A stretch of 64,000 nt of DNA, taken from NCBI GenBank assembly GCA_965203175.1, contig OZ241867.1:512001-576000 (forward strand). Direction: 5' to 3'. A program made the translations under genes and the position numbers. Within the stretch, counting starts at the first letter, position 1; each line of letters starts with the position of its first letter. Shown here piece after piece: positions 56,330 to 64,000 of this stretch. Under the pieces are notes generated by a model. It saw only the letters and a list, made by a program, of their open reading frames with translations, did not search any database and was not told the DNA's origin. The DNA is from Candidatus Latescibacterota bacterium (lineage in GTDB: Bacteria; Latescibacterota; UBA2968; UBA8231).

Positions 56330-56928
56330 GAGCAAAGAAAGAGCGTCCTGAAGAAATATTCCGCAGGTACGGCGGCCAACTCCGAATGAGCGAGGCCATC
56401 GCGCACGGGATCACACGCTACATGCTGTATGCGCTCAAGGACAGGGGCGTCATCGAGCCGGTCAGCAGAGGCATCTACCGACTGCAGGAACTACCTCCAC
56501 TCGACAACCCTGATCTGGTCACGGTAAGCCTTCGCTTTCCCAATGCCGTCGTTTGTCTCACCTCCGCGCTAGCCTACCATGGTATCACGACCCAAATTCC
56601 CCATGAGGTTTCCGTGGCTGTGCCAAGAGATTCGCGGGTGCCGTCCCTCGACTATCCCCCCATACGGGTCCACAGATTCTCGCAGGAAGCGTACAAACCC
56701 GGAATCGAAACACATCTGCTTGATGGCGTACCCGTCAAAATCTACAGCCGCGAGAAAACCCTAGCCGACTGCTTCAAATTTCGCAACAAGATTGGCATGG
56801 ATGTGGTGCTGGAAGCCGTGAAGCTCCACAAGACGCGAAACGGGTTCAACCTCGGCAAACTGCTCAAATACGCCAGAATCTGTCGAGTGGAAAAGGTGAT
56901 GCAGCCCTACTTGGAGGCACTGGTATGA
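56323..56928 (+). CDS. abiEi: Type IV TA antitoxin AbiEi
   Basis: wHTH with SRGIYRL, CLTSALAYHGITTQIP, EKTLADCFKFRNKIG. Confidence 0.9.
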   Translation: MSGAKKERPEEIFRRYGGQLRMSEAIAHGITRYMLYALKDRGVIEPVSRGIYRLQELPPLDNPDLVTVSLRFPNAVVCLTSALAYHGITTQIPHEVSVAVPRDSRVPSLDYPPIRVHRFSQEAYKPGIETHLLDGVPVKIYSREKTLADCFKFRNKIGMDVVLEAVKLHKTRNGFNLGKLLKYARICRVEKVMQPYLEALV

Positions 56929-57827
56929 CGGCTCCCCGCAATGCGTCCGCGTCCGTCCGGCAACGCCTCCTCAATCGGTCCAGAAGTGAAAGACGGCCAT
57001 TCAACGAACTGCTTCAATACTTCGCTATGGAGCGATTCCTCTACCGGCTATCCCAATCCGCTCATGCCCAGCGATTTGTGCTCAAGGGTGCGTTGATGCT
57101 GAGGGTTTGGGACTCACCGGAATTCCGTCCGACCATGGACATCGACCTACTTGGCAGGACTCGTAACGCGGAAGCCGACATCGTCTCTCAGATGCGGGAC
57201 ATCCTGATGGTCAATGTGGAAACGGACGGACTTGCGTTCGACCTAGATTCTATCCAGACTGAGCGGATCACCGAAGGTGCGTATTATGACGGGATCAGGA
57301 TTCGTTTCTTGGGCGCATTGGGATCCGCGAGAATTCATATGCAGATCGACATTGGCTTCGGCGACATCGTGTATCCCGAGCCGAAAGAGTCGGATTTTCC
57401 GACCATACTGGACTTCCCAGCACCGCGATTGCTCTGCTACAGTCGTGAGAGCTCCATCTCGGAGAAGTTTGAAGCCATGGTCAAGCTGGGTATGCTGAAC
57501 AGCCGGATGAAGGATTTCTACGACATCTGGTTGCTATCCCGGCTGTTCGACTTTGAGGGCCCAAAGCTGACCCAAGCCATTCAGCGGACCTTTGAGCAGC
57601 GTGGCACGGCGCTGCCCTCAGAAATCGAGATGTTCACTCAGCCTTTCATCGATGTCAAGCAGACCCAGTGGGCGGCATTCCACAATAGGCTTCAGCAGGG
57701 TCACGTGCCCGCCTCGTTCGGAGAAATCACAGCTTCGGTGAGCAGATTCCTGTGGCCCGTTGTCGCAGCTCTTTCTTCTGGAAAGTCCAGTCCGACAGAC
57801 TGGATCGCACCCGGGCCATGGACCTGA
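56925..57827 (+). CDS. abiEii: Type IV TA toxin AbiEii/AbiGii nucleotidyltransferase
   Basis: ERFLYRL, LKGA, RPTMDID, EKFEAM, NSRMKDFYD. ATGA overlap. Confidence 0.92.
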   Translation: MTAPRNASASVRQRLLNRSRSERRPFNELLQYFAMERFLYRLSQSAHAQRFVLKGALMLRVWDSPEFRPTMDIDLLGRTRNAEADIVSQMRDILMVNVETDGLAFDLDSIQTERITEGAYYDGIRIRFLGALGSARIHMQIDIGFGDIVYPEPKESDFPTILDFPAPRLLCYSRESSISEKFEAMVKLGMLNSRMKDFYDIWLLSRLFDFEGPKLTQAIQRTFEQRGTALPSEIEMFTQPFIDVKQTQWAAFHNRLQQGHVPASFGEITASVSRFLWPVVAALSSGKSSPTDWIAPGPWT

Positions 57828-57891
57828 GCCGGTGTCCTTTATTAAAACAAAGAATTCAAATAAAGGGACCGGTCTGAGGAGAGCATGAGTC

Positions 57892-58218
57892 TTATGCCCA
57901 CAACAAGCGCCGCTGTAGTAATGTCTGCATACCCCTCCGCCCATCGGCGATCAAGAGCACATAGACGTTATTTTTCATCGCCCGATAGATGATGTGGTAG
58001 GGCCTGGAGAAAATCTCCCGGTATTCCCGAATCCCTATGTCCAGCAGTTCCGCCGGGTAGTTCCCGCGCTCGGGATACTCGGAGAGGCTGCTGAAAGCCT
58101 TCTCAATCTGCTCCAGCACATAATCCGCCCGATCCGGTTCATCATGCCGATCGATGTAATCGTATATCTCCTCCAAGTCGCGCGTCGCGTCATCGGTCAA
58201 CTGAACCAAGAAAGCCAT
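57892..58218 (-). CDS. RelE/ParE family toxin
   Basis: ATRDLEEIYDYI, YPERG, YREI...Y.IIY, IADGRR. Confidence 0.9.
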   Translation of the reverse strand: MAFLVQLTDDATRDLEEIYDYIDRHDEPDRADYVLEQIEKAFSSLSEYPERGNYPAELLDIGIREYREIFSRPYHIIYRAMKNNVYVLLIADGRRGMQTLLQRRLLWA

Positions 58219-58493
58219 CAGCGATCCCGTCGCCGCTCCCGAAGCCGGGCGACGACATCGGCGGCGGGTTGCACCTGACCTGCTTCGATCTGTCGGCTAC
58301 CCAACGCGAGAGTCTTGAGCAGCGCAACCGTTTCTTGCATCTGCTCGTAGCTGTCGATATCCTGCATGACCGCCTTGGCTTCACCATTCTGGGTGATGAT
58401 CAAGGGTTCTGATTGGTCTCCAAGTGTGCGCACGATCTCAGCGGCGTGGGCCTTGAGATAACTGATCGGCTTGATCTGGCTGGACAGTTTCAT
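58218..58493 (-). CDS. Phd/YefM family antitoxin
   Basis: IKPISYLKAHAAE, IITQNGEAKAV. GGAGG RBS before ATG 58493. Confidence 0.92.
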   Translation of the reverse strand: MKLSSQIKPISYLKAHAAEIVRTLGDQSEPLIITQNGEAKAVMQDIDSYEQMQETVALLKTLALGSRQIEAGQVQPAADVVARLRERRRDR

Positions 58494-58509
58494 GGGCACC
58501 TCCTTTTCG

Positions 58510-58535
58510 GACCAAATATAGACCATAAACAGGTC
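58510..58535. promoter_or_regulatory. GACC/GACC/GGTC boxes at 11-bp spacing, probable Phd-RelE operator
   Basis: Directly upstream of the antitoxin RBS. Confidence 0.5.
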
Positions 58536-58630
58536 AATAACAATAGATGCGCTTCGGCCTGCCCGGCTTGACAAAGACCTCGTTTTTCCTAGCCTCCTAT
58601 CGTCTTAACGCCCCAAAGGGAGACAATCCC

Positions 58631-59449
58631 ATGCAACTGCCGCTCTATCAGATTGATGCCTTCACCGGTTCGGTTTTCAAAGGCAATCCCGCGGCCGTCA
58701 TGCCGCTCGAAACGTGGTTGGAGGACGGAATTCTCCAAGCCATCGCCACTGAGAACAACTTGTCGGAAACCGCCTTCTTTCGTCCTACCGAGGAAGACGG
58801 CGCGTTTGAGTTACGCTGGTTCACGCCATCCGTGGAGGTGCCACTATGCGGCCATGCGACGCTGGCAAGCGCGTTCGTACTCATGACGGAGATGTGCCGG
58901 GATCTCGACCACGTCGCGTTCGGGACCCGTAGCGGCCGCCTTACGGTCAGGCGCGACGACGACCGCTACGCCATGAACTTCCCAGCCATGAACCTGCAGT
59001 CCACCCGTCGTCCCGAGCGGGTTATCGCCGCGGTGGGTACCGCGCCAGCCATGGTGTTGAAAAGCGACAACTGGCTCCTGATATACGACAGCGAGGACGA
59101 GGTCGCCGCGCTCGACGTCGATGTTTCCGCGCTCGCATCGGCGCTCGCCGAGGACGACGCGGACGCGGGCGTGATCTGCACAGCTCCAGCAGCGAATGGC
59201 CGCGCCGATTTCGTCTCTCGCTATTTTGCACCCTGTCACGGCATTTCCGAAGACCCGGTCACGGGTTCGACCCATTGCAGCCTAGTGCCGTACTGGTCTG
59301 AACGGCTCGGACGCCGCGAGCTCCACGCCCTGCAGATCTCGGCCCGCGGCGGAGAGCTATTCTGCCGCGATCAGGGCAGGCGGGTGGAGATCGCGGGGAA
59401 GGCAGTGAAGTATATGGAGGGAGTTACTCACATTCCGGCATCGCCATGA
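58631..59449 (+). CDS. PhzF family (DAP-epimerase-like) protein
   Basis: IDAF...GNPAAV, NLSETAF, LRWFTP..EV.LCGHATLA, EDPVTGS. Confidence 0.93.
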   Translation: MQLPLYQIDAFTGSVFKGNPAAVMPLETWLEDGILQAIATENNLSETAFFRPTEEDGAFELRWFTPSVEVPLCGHATLASAFVLMTEMCRDLDHVAFGTRSGRLTVRRDDDRYAMNFPAMNLQSTRRPERVIAAVGTAPAMVLKSDNWLLIYDSEDEVAALDVDVSALASALAEDDADAGVICTAPAANGRADFVSRYFAPCHGISEDPVTGSTHCSLVPYWSERLGRRELHALQISARGGELFCRDQGRRVEIAGKAVKYMEGVTHIPASP

Positions 59450-59555
59450 TCGGTCGGTAGCCTCTTCCGGTTGTTTGCCCATCCGGGAGACTGCCCGGAC
59501 CGGATTGAGACAACAGACCGCTTCCTAAAGGCGTGTGAGGGCCAAATCTTGCTGC

Positions 59556-59610
59556 AATTTTGAACCGCTACTTCAAATTATCATGTAATTTTGAACTACT
59601 ACTTCAAATT
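59556..59610. repeat. Two 24-bp palindromic direct repeats AATTTTGAAC(CG/TA)CTACTTCAAATT, 31-bp period
   Basis: Copies at 59556-59579 and 59587-59610, each TTTGAA-N7-TTCAAA. Confidence 0.85.
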
Positions 59611-59636
59611 TGCACGGCACTCCGCGGCAACCTCAC

Positions 59637-60320
59637 CTAAGCCAGCCGCTTCCAAACATCCGCCACTTGCTGGCTCTTCACCTGTACAAGCCGCGCCTCC
59701 TCAAGCACATAACCACTGAGTTGACCGCCATAGATACAGCCCGAGTCGAGGCCGAGAAGATGGGGGCAGCCATCGCGCTTTTTGACCACCAAGCCGCCGG
59801 GCGCGTCGTGGCCAAAGACAAGCAGGGGATACTCCGGCTTGTAGAAATCGTGCCAGCGCGGGCTGGCGAGATCGTCGGAGGGCGGCCATGTGCGGATCTT
59901 CAGGAATTCTTTGCGGCGGGTGCCTTGTAAGCCCTTTTTCGGATTGATGCCGGCGTGGACTAGGAGGAAAGCGTCTTCCGCGATGTAGAGCGGGCACTGC
60001 CGGAGCCAAGCGAGGATCTCGCCGTGGGCGGGCTGAAGTTGGGCGAGGGTATAGCGCTGATCGGGGAACTTCACTTTGGGCTTGCGGCCCTTCTTTAAGG
60101 CGGTTAGCTGCTTCAAGAGGCGGGCGTCGTGGTTGCCCAAGACCATCTCGGCCTCGGTCTCGCAAATCAACTGCCACACCGCCAACGGGTCGGGACCGCG
60201 GGCAAAGGCATCGCCGGCTAGCAACAGGCGATCTTGAGCGAAGTCGTAGTCTACTTTTGCAAGGAAGGCTTCAAACTCGGCGGCGCAGCCGTGGACGTCG
60301 CCGACAAAAATGGTACGCAT
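59637..60320 (-). CDS. Metallophosphoesterase (ApaH/PPP-like)
   Basis: GDVHG, GD...RGPD, GNHD, VHAG, FGH, LDSGC..GG.L. Confidence 0.9.
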   Translation of the reverse strand: MRTIFVGDVHGCAAEFEAFLAKVDYDFAQDRLLLAGDAFARGPDPLAVWQLICETEAEMVLGNHDARLLKQLTALKKGRKPKVKFPDQRYTLAQLQPAHGEILAWLRQCPLYIAEDAFLLVHAGINPKKGLQGTRRKEFLKIRTWPPSDDLASPRWHDFYKPEYPLLVFGHDAPGGLVVKKRDGCPHLLGLDSGCIYGGQLSGYVLEEARLVQVKSQQVADVWKRLA

Positions 60321-60392
60321 CTGATTTCCTTATATTTGCATTGCGGAAGGGCAAACGCTATCATACTCCCCACCTTGAAAAGATAGCCCCTG

Positions 60393-61733
60393 ATGGAAAC
60401 TACGACCACACTCAACCCTGCTCCGGCGTCTTCCCACATAATGGCCAAGCCCTCGGGCTCGGTCTGCAACATCGACTGCAAGTACTGCTTCTACCTGGAG
60501 AAGGAGAAGCTCTACCCGGACGCGCGCAAAAGTTGGCGCATGTCCGACGAGACGCTCGAACTATACGTCAAGCAGTACATCGAAGCTCAAGACGTGCCGC
60601 AGGTGGACTTCGCCTGGCAGGGCGGCGAGCCGACCCTGATGGGCGTGGACTTCTTCCGCCGCGCAGTCGAGCTACAGAAGCAATACGCCAACGGCAAGCT
60701 CGTCACCAACGCCTTCCAGACCAACGGCATCCTCCTCGACGACGAGTGGGGCGAGTTCCTCGCGGAAAACAAATTCCTAATCGGGCTGTCGATCGACGGG
60801 CCGCGCGAATACCACGACTACTACCGAGTTGACAAAGGCCAGAAACCGACCTACGACCGAGTGTACGCCGGTCTGCAAATGCTCAAAAAGCACGGGGTAG
60901 AATTCAATACCCTGACCGTGCTGCAAAACCACAACGCCGATCAGCCGCTCGAAATCTACCGCTTCCTGCGCGAAGAGGGCTCGGGATTTATGCAGTTTAT
61001 TCCCATCGTCGAGCGCATCGCGCACGAGCCGGACGAGGACGGATTAGAGTTAGTCGATCCCGAATACGAGGGCCGGGCACCCGTTTCCAAATGGTCGGTG
61101 GGGCCAGGGCAGTACGGCAAATTCCTCTGCGCGATCTTCGACGAGTGGGTGCGCAACGACGTCGGCCAAGTCTTTGTGCAGCTTTTTGACGTGACGCTCG
61201 GCTCGTGGCTGGGCCAAGATGCGAGCCTGTGCATCTTTGCCGAGACCTGCGGCAAGGCGCTGATCATCGAGCACAACGGCGACCTGTACTCCTGCGACCA
61301 CTTCGTCTACTCGGATTATCGCCTGGGCAATGTCCACGAAGAGAGCATCCGCGACATGGTCGCCAGCCCGCAGCAGACCAAGTTCGGGCAGGACAAAAAG
61401 GACACCCTGCCCCAGTACTGCATTGAATGCGACTACCGCTTCGCCTGCAACGGCGGTTGCCCCAAGCACCGCTTTACCAAAACCCCGCGCGGCGAGGACG
61501 GCCTCAACTATTTGTGCAAGGGGTACAAAATGTACTTCGGGCACGTCGATCCCTACATGCGCTTTATGGCCAACGAACTGCGGCACGGCCGACCAGCTAC
61601 CGGCGTAATGGAATGGACCCGCAAACGAGACGCGGTCAAGGCCGCCCTGCACCAAAAGGCCCCAGGCCGCAACGACCCGTGCTCCTGCGGCAGCGGCAAG
61701 AAGTACAAGCGCTGCTGTGGCCGAGCCGCATAA
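60393..61733 (+). CDS. Anaerobic sulfatase maturase (radical SAM/SPASM) with SEC-C motif
   Basis: CNIDCKYCFY, WQGGEP, YSCDH, CxxC...GGCPK, GRNDPCSCGSGKKYKRCC. Confidence 0.95.
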   Translation: METTTTLNPAPASSHIMAKPSGSVCNIDCKYCFYLEKEKLYPDARKSWRMSDETLELYVKQYIEAQDVPQVDFAWQGGEPTLMGVDFFRRAVELQKQYANGKLVTNAFQTNGILLDDEWGEFLAENKFLIGLSIDGPREYHDYYRVDKGQKPTYDRVYAGLQMLKKHGVEFNTLTVLQNHNADQPLEIYRFLREEGSGFMQFIPIVERIAHEPDEDGLELVDPEYEGRAPVSKWSVGPGQYGKFLCAIFDEWVRNDVGQVFVQLFDVTLGSWLGQDASLCIFAETCGKALIIEHNGDLYSCDHFVYSDYRLGNVHEESIRDMVASPQQTKFGQDKKDTLPQYCIECDYRFACNGGCPKHRFTKTPRGEDGLNYLCKGYKMYFGHVDPYMRFMANELRHGRPATGVMEWTRKRDAVKAALHQKAPGRNDPCSCGSGKKYKRCCGRAA

Positions 61734-61746
61734 CGGAAAGGAAGCA

Positions 61747-62649
61747 ATGATCGATATCGAGCTAATTCCCGCAGACTGCAAGGCCGTCGTCACCATCGAC
61801 GGCCAGCTTTTTACCGAATACCGCTACGGCCACTACGTGTGCCGCCCGTACTTCTACCCCGTGCTGACGCCCAGCGGCACTGGCCTCACCCGAGCCTATC
61901 CGATGGAAGGTGTCGAAGGCGAGAACCAAGACCACTACCACCATCGCGGCATCTACACGGCCCACGGCCTCGTCAACGGCCACAACCTCTGGGACGAAGG
62001 CACCGGCCACGGAGCCATGCTCCAACGGGGCGAGCCGGTAGTAGGCGCAGCCGACGGCGCAGCGCAGATCGATGGGATCGTCGATTGGTTTGGGCCGGAG
62101 GGGGAGAAGCTGCTAGAGGAGCGGCGCACCATCGCCATCCGCGCCGAAGGTGCGTTGCGCATCATAGACCAACGCAGCGAGTTCCGCGCCCGCTACGGTG
62201 ACTTGACTTTCGGCGACACCAAAGAGGGCGGGCTGTTTTCGATCCGGGTGCCGACCTCCATGGATGCCAAGGTCGCGGGGCGGATTGAAAATTCCGCCGG
62301 CCAAGTCTTTGAAAACGGCCAAGGCGAGGAGGTTACTTGGGGCCAGCAGGCAGCTTGGGTGGATTACTCCGGACCGGTAGCCGATGGCGAGGAGTGGGGG
62401 CACACCGTCGTCGATCACCGCGACAATCCCCGCCATCCAACCTACTGGCACGTGCGCGGCTACGGGCTGTTTACCGCCAACCCCTTTGGAGTGCACGATT
62501 TTAAGGGCGACGAGAACATCGACGAGAGCCTGACCATCCCCGGCGGCGACCAGGCCGTCTTCCGCTACCGGCTAATCATCCACCCCGGCCGCAGCGTGGA
62601 CGGACACCCAGACGTGCGCCAGCTAATCGAGCAGTTCCAAGCGGAATAG
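61747..62649 (+). CDS. DUF6807/PmoA-like family protein
   Basis: RPYFYPV..P.G..LTR.YP, DHYHHRG, GDTKEGG, WHVRGYGLF.ANPFG. Confidence 0.75.
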   Translation: MIDIELIPADCKAVVTIDGQLFTEYRYGHYVCRPYFYPVLTPSGTGLTRAYPMEGVEGENQDHYHHRGIYTAHGLVNGHNLWDEGTGHGAMLQRGEPVVGAADGAAQIDGIVDWFGPEGEKLLEERRTIAIRAEGALRIIDQRSEFRARYGDLTFGDTKEGGLFSIRVPTSMDAKVAGRIENSAGQVFENGQGEEVTWGQQAAWVDYSGPVADGEEWGHTVVDHRDNPRHPTYWHVRGYGLFTANPFGVHDFKGDENIDESLTIPGGDQAVFRYRLIIHPGRSVDGHPDVRQLIEQFQAE

Positions 62650-62666
62650 GATAGCATCTGCACGAG

Positions 62667-62695
62667 AAAAAACCGGTCTGCGGGCCGGTTTTTTT
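62667..62695 (+). terminator. Intrinsic (bidirectional-type) terminator
   Basis: AAAAAACCGGTC-TGCG-GGCCGGTTTTTTT. Confidence 0.8.
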
Positions 62696-62728
62696 GTGCC
62701 TCGCCACAATTTCAAAAAGCGGAGAGCA

Positions 62729-63793
62729 ATGACCAAGAACAAGCAAGACAAGCTGCGCGTCGCCCTGATCGGCGCTGGGGGGATCGCTGGATCGCACATG
62801 CGCTATTACCAAGACATGGACGACGTGAAGATGGTCGCCGCGGCAGACGTGGTCCTCGAACGAGCGCAAAAATCCTGCGAGGAATACGAAATCCCCGCAG
62901 CCTACGCCGACTACGAGGAGATGCTCCGGCAGGTCGCACCCGACGCGGTGAGCGTCTGTACGCCCAACGGCCTACACGCTCCCTGCTCCATCGCCGCGCT
63001 CGACGCGGGGGCTCACGTCCTCGTCGAGAAGCCTTTGGCCATGAATGCGCGCGAGGGGCAGCAGATGCTCGACGCCGCGGAGAAAAATGGCAAAAAGCTG
63101 ATCATTGGCTTCCAGAACCGCTACGATCCGAAGACGCAGTTTATCAAGAAGCTCGTTGACGACGGCGAGTTGGGTACAGTCCTGTACGCCCGAGTGCAGT
63201 CCCTGCGGCGACGCGGCATTCCCAACTGGGGCGTCTTCGGCCGCAAGGACCTGCAAGGCGGCGGCCCGCTGATCGACATCGGCGTCCACATGCTGGAGGC
63301 CACGCACTATGCAATGGGCTCGCCCAAACCAGTGGCAGCCAGTGGCAGCACCTATACCTACATCGGCGACAAGCCGTCAAACGTGGCCTCGATCTGGCCC
63401 AACTGGGATTACAAGACCTATACAGTAGAGGACTTAGCCGTGGGTCACATCCGCTTTGCCAACGGCGCGATGATCAGCATTGAGACCAGCTTCGCCGCCC
63501 ATATCGAGAAGGGTGAGGGGAACTTCACACTGATGGGCGAGAAGGGGGGTACCACCTGGGATCCGCCGGGTTTTTTTCACGACGCCAACGACTACATGGT
63601 CAACACCCGGCCCGACTGGCTGCCCAGCGGCCCGGCAGCCGACGGCTTTGGCCAGAAGATGCGCAACTTCGTCGATCACGTGCTCTACGGCGCGGAAACC
63701 CTATCGCCCGGAGAGCACGGGCTGATGGTGCAGAAAATGATGGACGGGATATACGAGTCGGCAGAGCAGGAGCGGGAAGTGCGGATTGAGTAA
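62729..63793 (+). CDS. Gfo/Idh/MocA oxidoreductase
   Basis: IGAGGIA, VCTPN..H, VEKPLA, GGGPLIDIGVHMLE, VEDLA. Confidence 0.92.
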   Translation: MTKNKQDKLRVALIGAGGIAGSHMRYYQDMDDVKMVAAADVVLERAQKSCEEYEIPAAYADYEEMLRQVAPDAVSVCTPNGLHAPCSIAALDAGAHVLVEKPLAMNAREGQQMLDAAEKNGKKLIIGFQNRYDPKTQFIKKLVDDGELGTVLYARVQSLRRRGIPNWGVFGRKDLQGGGPLIDIGVHMLEATHYAMGSPKPVAASGSTYTYIGDKPSNVASIWPNWDYKTYTVEDLAVGHIRFANGAMISIETSFAAHIEKGEGNFTLMGEKGGTTWDPPGFFHDANDYMVNTRPDWLPSGPAADGFGQKMRNFVDHVLYGAETLSPGEHGLMVQKMMDGIYESAEQEREVRIE

Positions 63794-63877
63794 GCGTCAA
63801 TTTTTTTAAAATGGCGTAAATTTTGCAGTGATGCTTACAATTTTACGCCAAATCTGACAAAACCGCTCAGCGCACAT

Positions 63878-64000
63878 TTAATCCCACTCCACCTCAACCC
63901 CCAACTCGCGCCCGCACGCCGCTAGCCTTTCCAAATCGTCCAATCCTATCGGCACCCCTTCGCGGGCGTATTCCTCGCTCTTGCGGTGCTCAATAGTGCC
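63878..64000 (-). CDS. 3' end of a gene entering from the right (GTIEHRKSEEYAREGVPIGLDDLERLAACGRELGVEVEWD*), Ldh_2 oxidoreductase-like tail
   Basis: Open minus frame from 64000 to TAA at 63880-63878. Pattern E...EGVP+...L...LGV. Confidence 0.5.
   Translation of the reverse strand, partial: GTIEHRKSEEYAREGVPIGLDDLERLAACGRELGVEVEWD

Noticed and set aside
58631-59449. Phenazine biosynthesis cluster
   Set aside because: Lone PhzF-like gene with no other phz genes.
59556-59610. Possible CRISPR array
   Set aside because: Only two repeats with a 7-bp gap and no cas genes.
61747-62649. Particulate methane monooxygenase (from the 'PmoA' family label)
   Set aside because: Soluble protein without TM helices and no pmoB/pmoC. 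The label refers to an unrelated DUF6807-type family.
1-64000. tRNA/rRNA genes, known riboswitches, stop-codon recoding
   Set aside because: None recognised by eye, and recognised proteins end at the expected lengths. A covariance-model scan would be needed to exclude small RNAs.

Overview
High-GC bacterial chromosomal window with about 52 CDS. I found no rRNA, tRNA or CRISPR array. The gene repertoire suggests an FCB-group/Latescibacterota- or Poribacteria-like, possibly sponge-associated organism (inference). It includes a DUF6785-type membrane protein, four PhyH-type dioxygenases, three enolase-superfamily enzymes, several Gfo/Idh/MocA, sugar-isomerase and Zn-ADH enzymes, a sulfatase plus anSME, and a protein with a T9SS/FlgD-like tail. 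Housekeeping genes are hisS, clpP, mutM and a divergent pyrD. Transport systems are an ABC-2 exporter and an adaptor plus two-RND efflux operon. Accessory elements: (1) a lower-GC stand-alone PLD-nuclease/AAA+-ATPase fusion bracketed by a 12-bp direct repeat, the best candidate for an undescribed defence system; (2) an IS903-group element without target duplication that joins two unrelated truncated genes; (3) an islet with AbiE and Phd-RelE toxin-antitoxin pairs. Other notable signals: a tandem-terminator/leader-peptide attenuator before the ABC exporter, a 7-bp duplication that frameshifts a dehydratase, a triple-DUF5069 protein, large insertions in an RND permease, a duplicated TPR block, and a lack of the usual CTAG avoidance. 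All family calls come from motif recognition by eye, not database searches.
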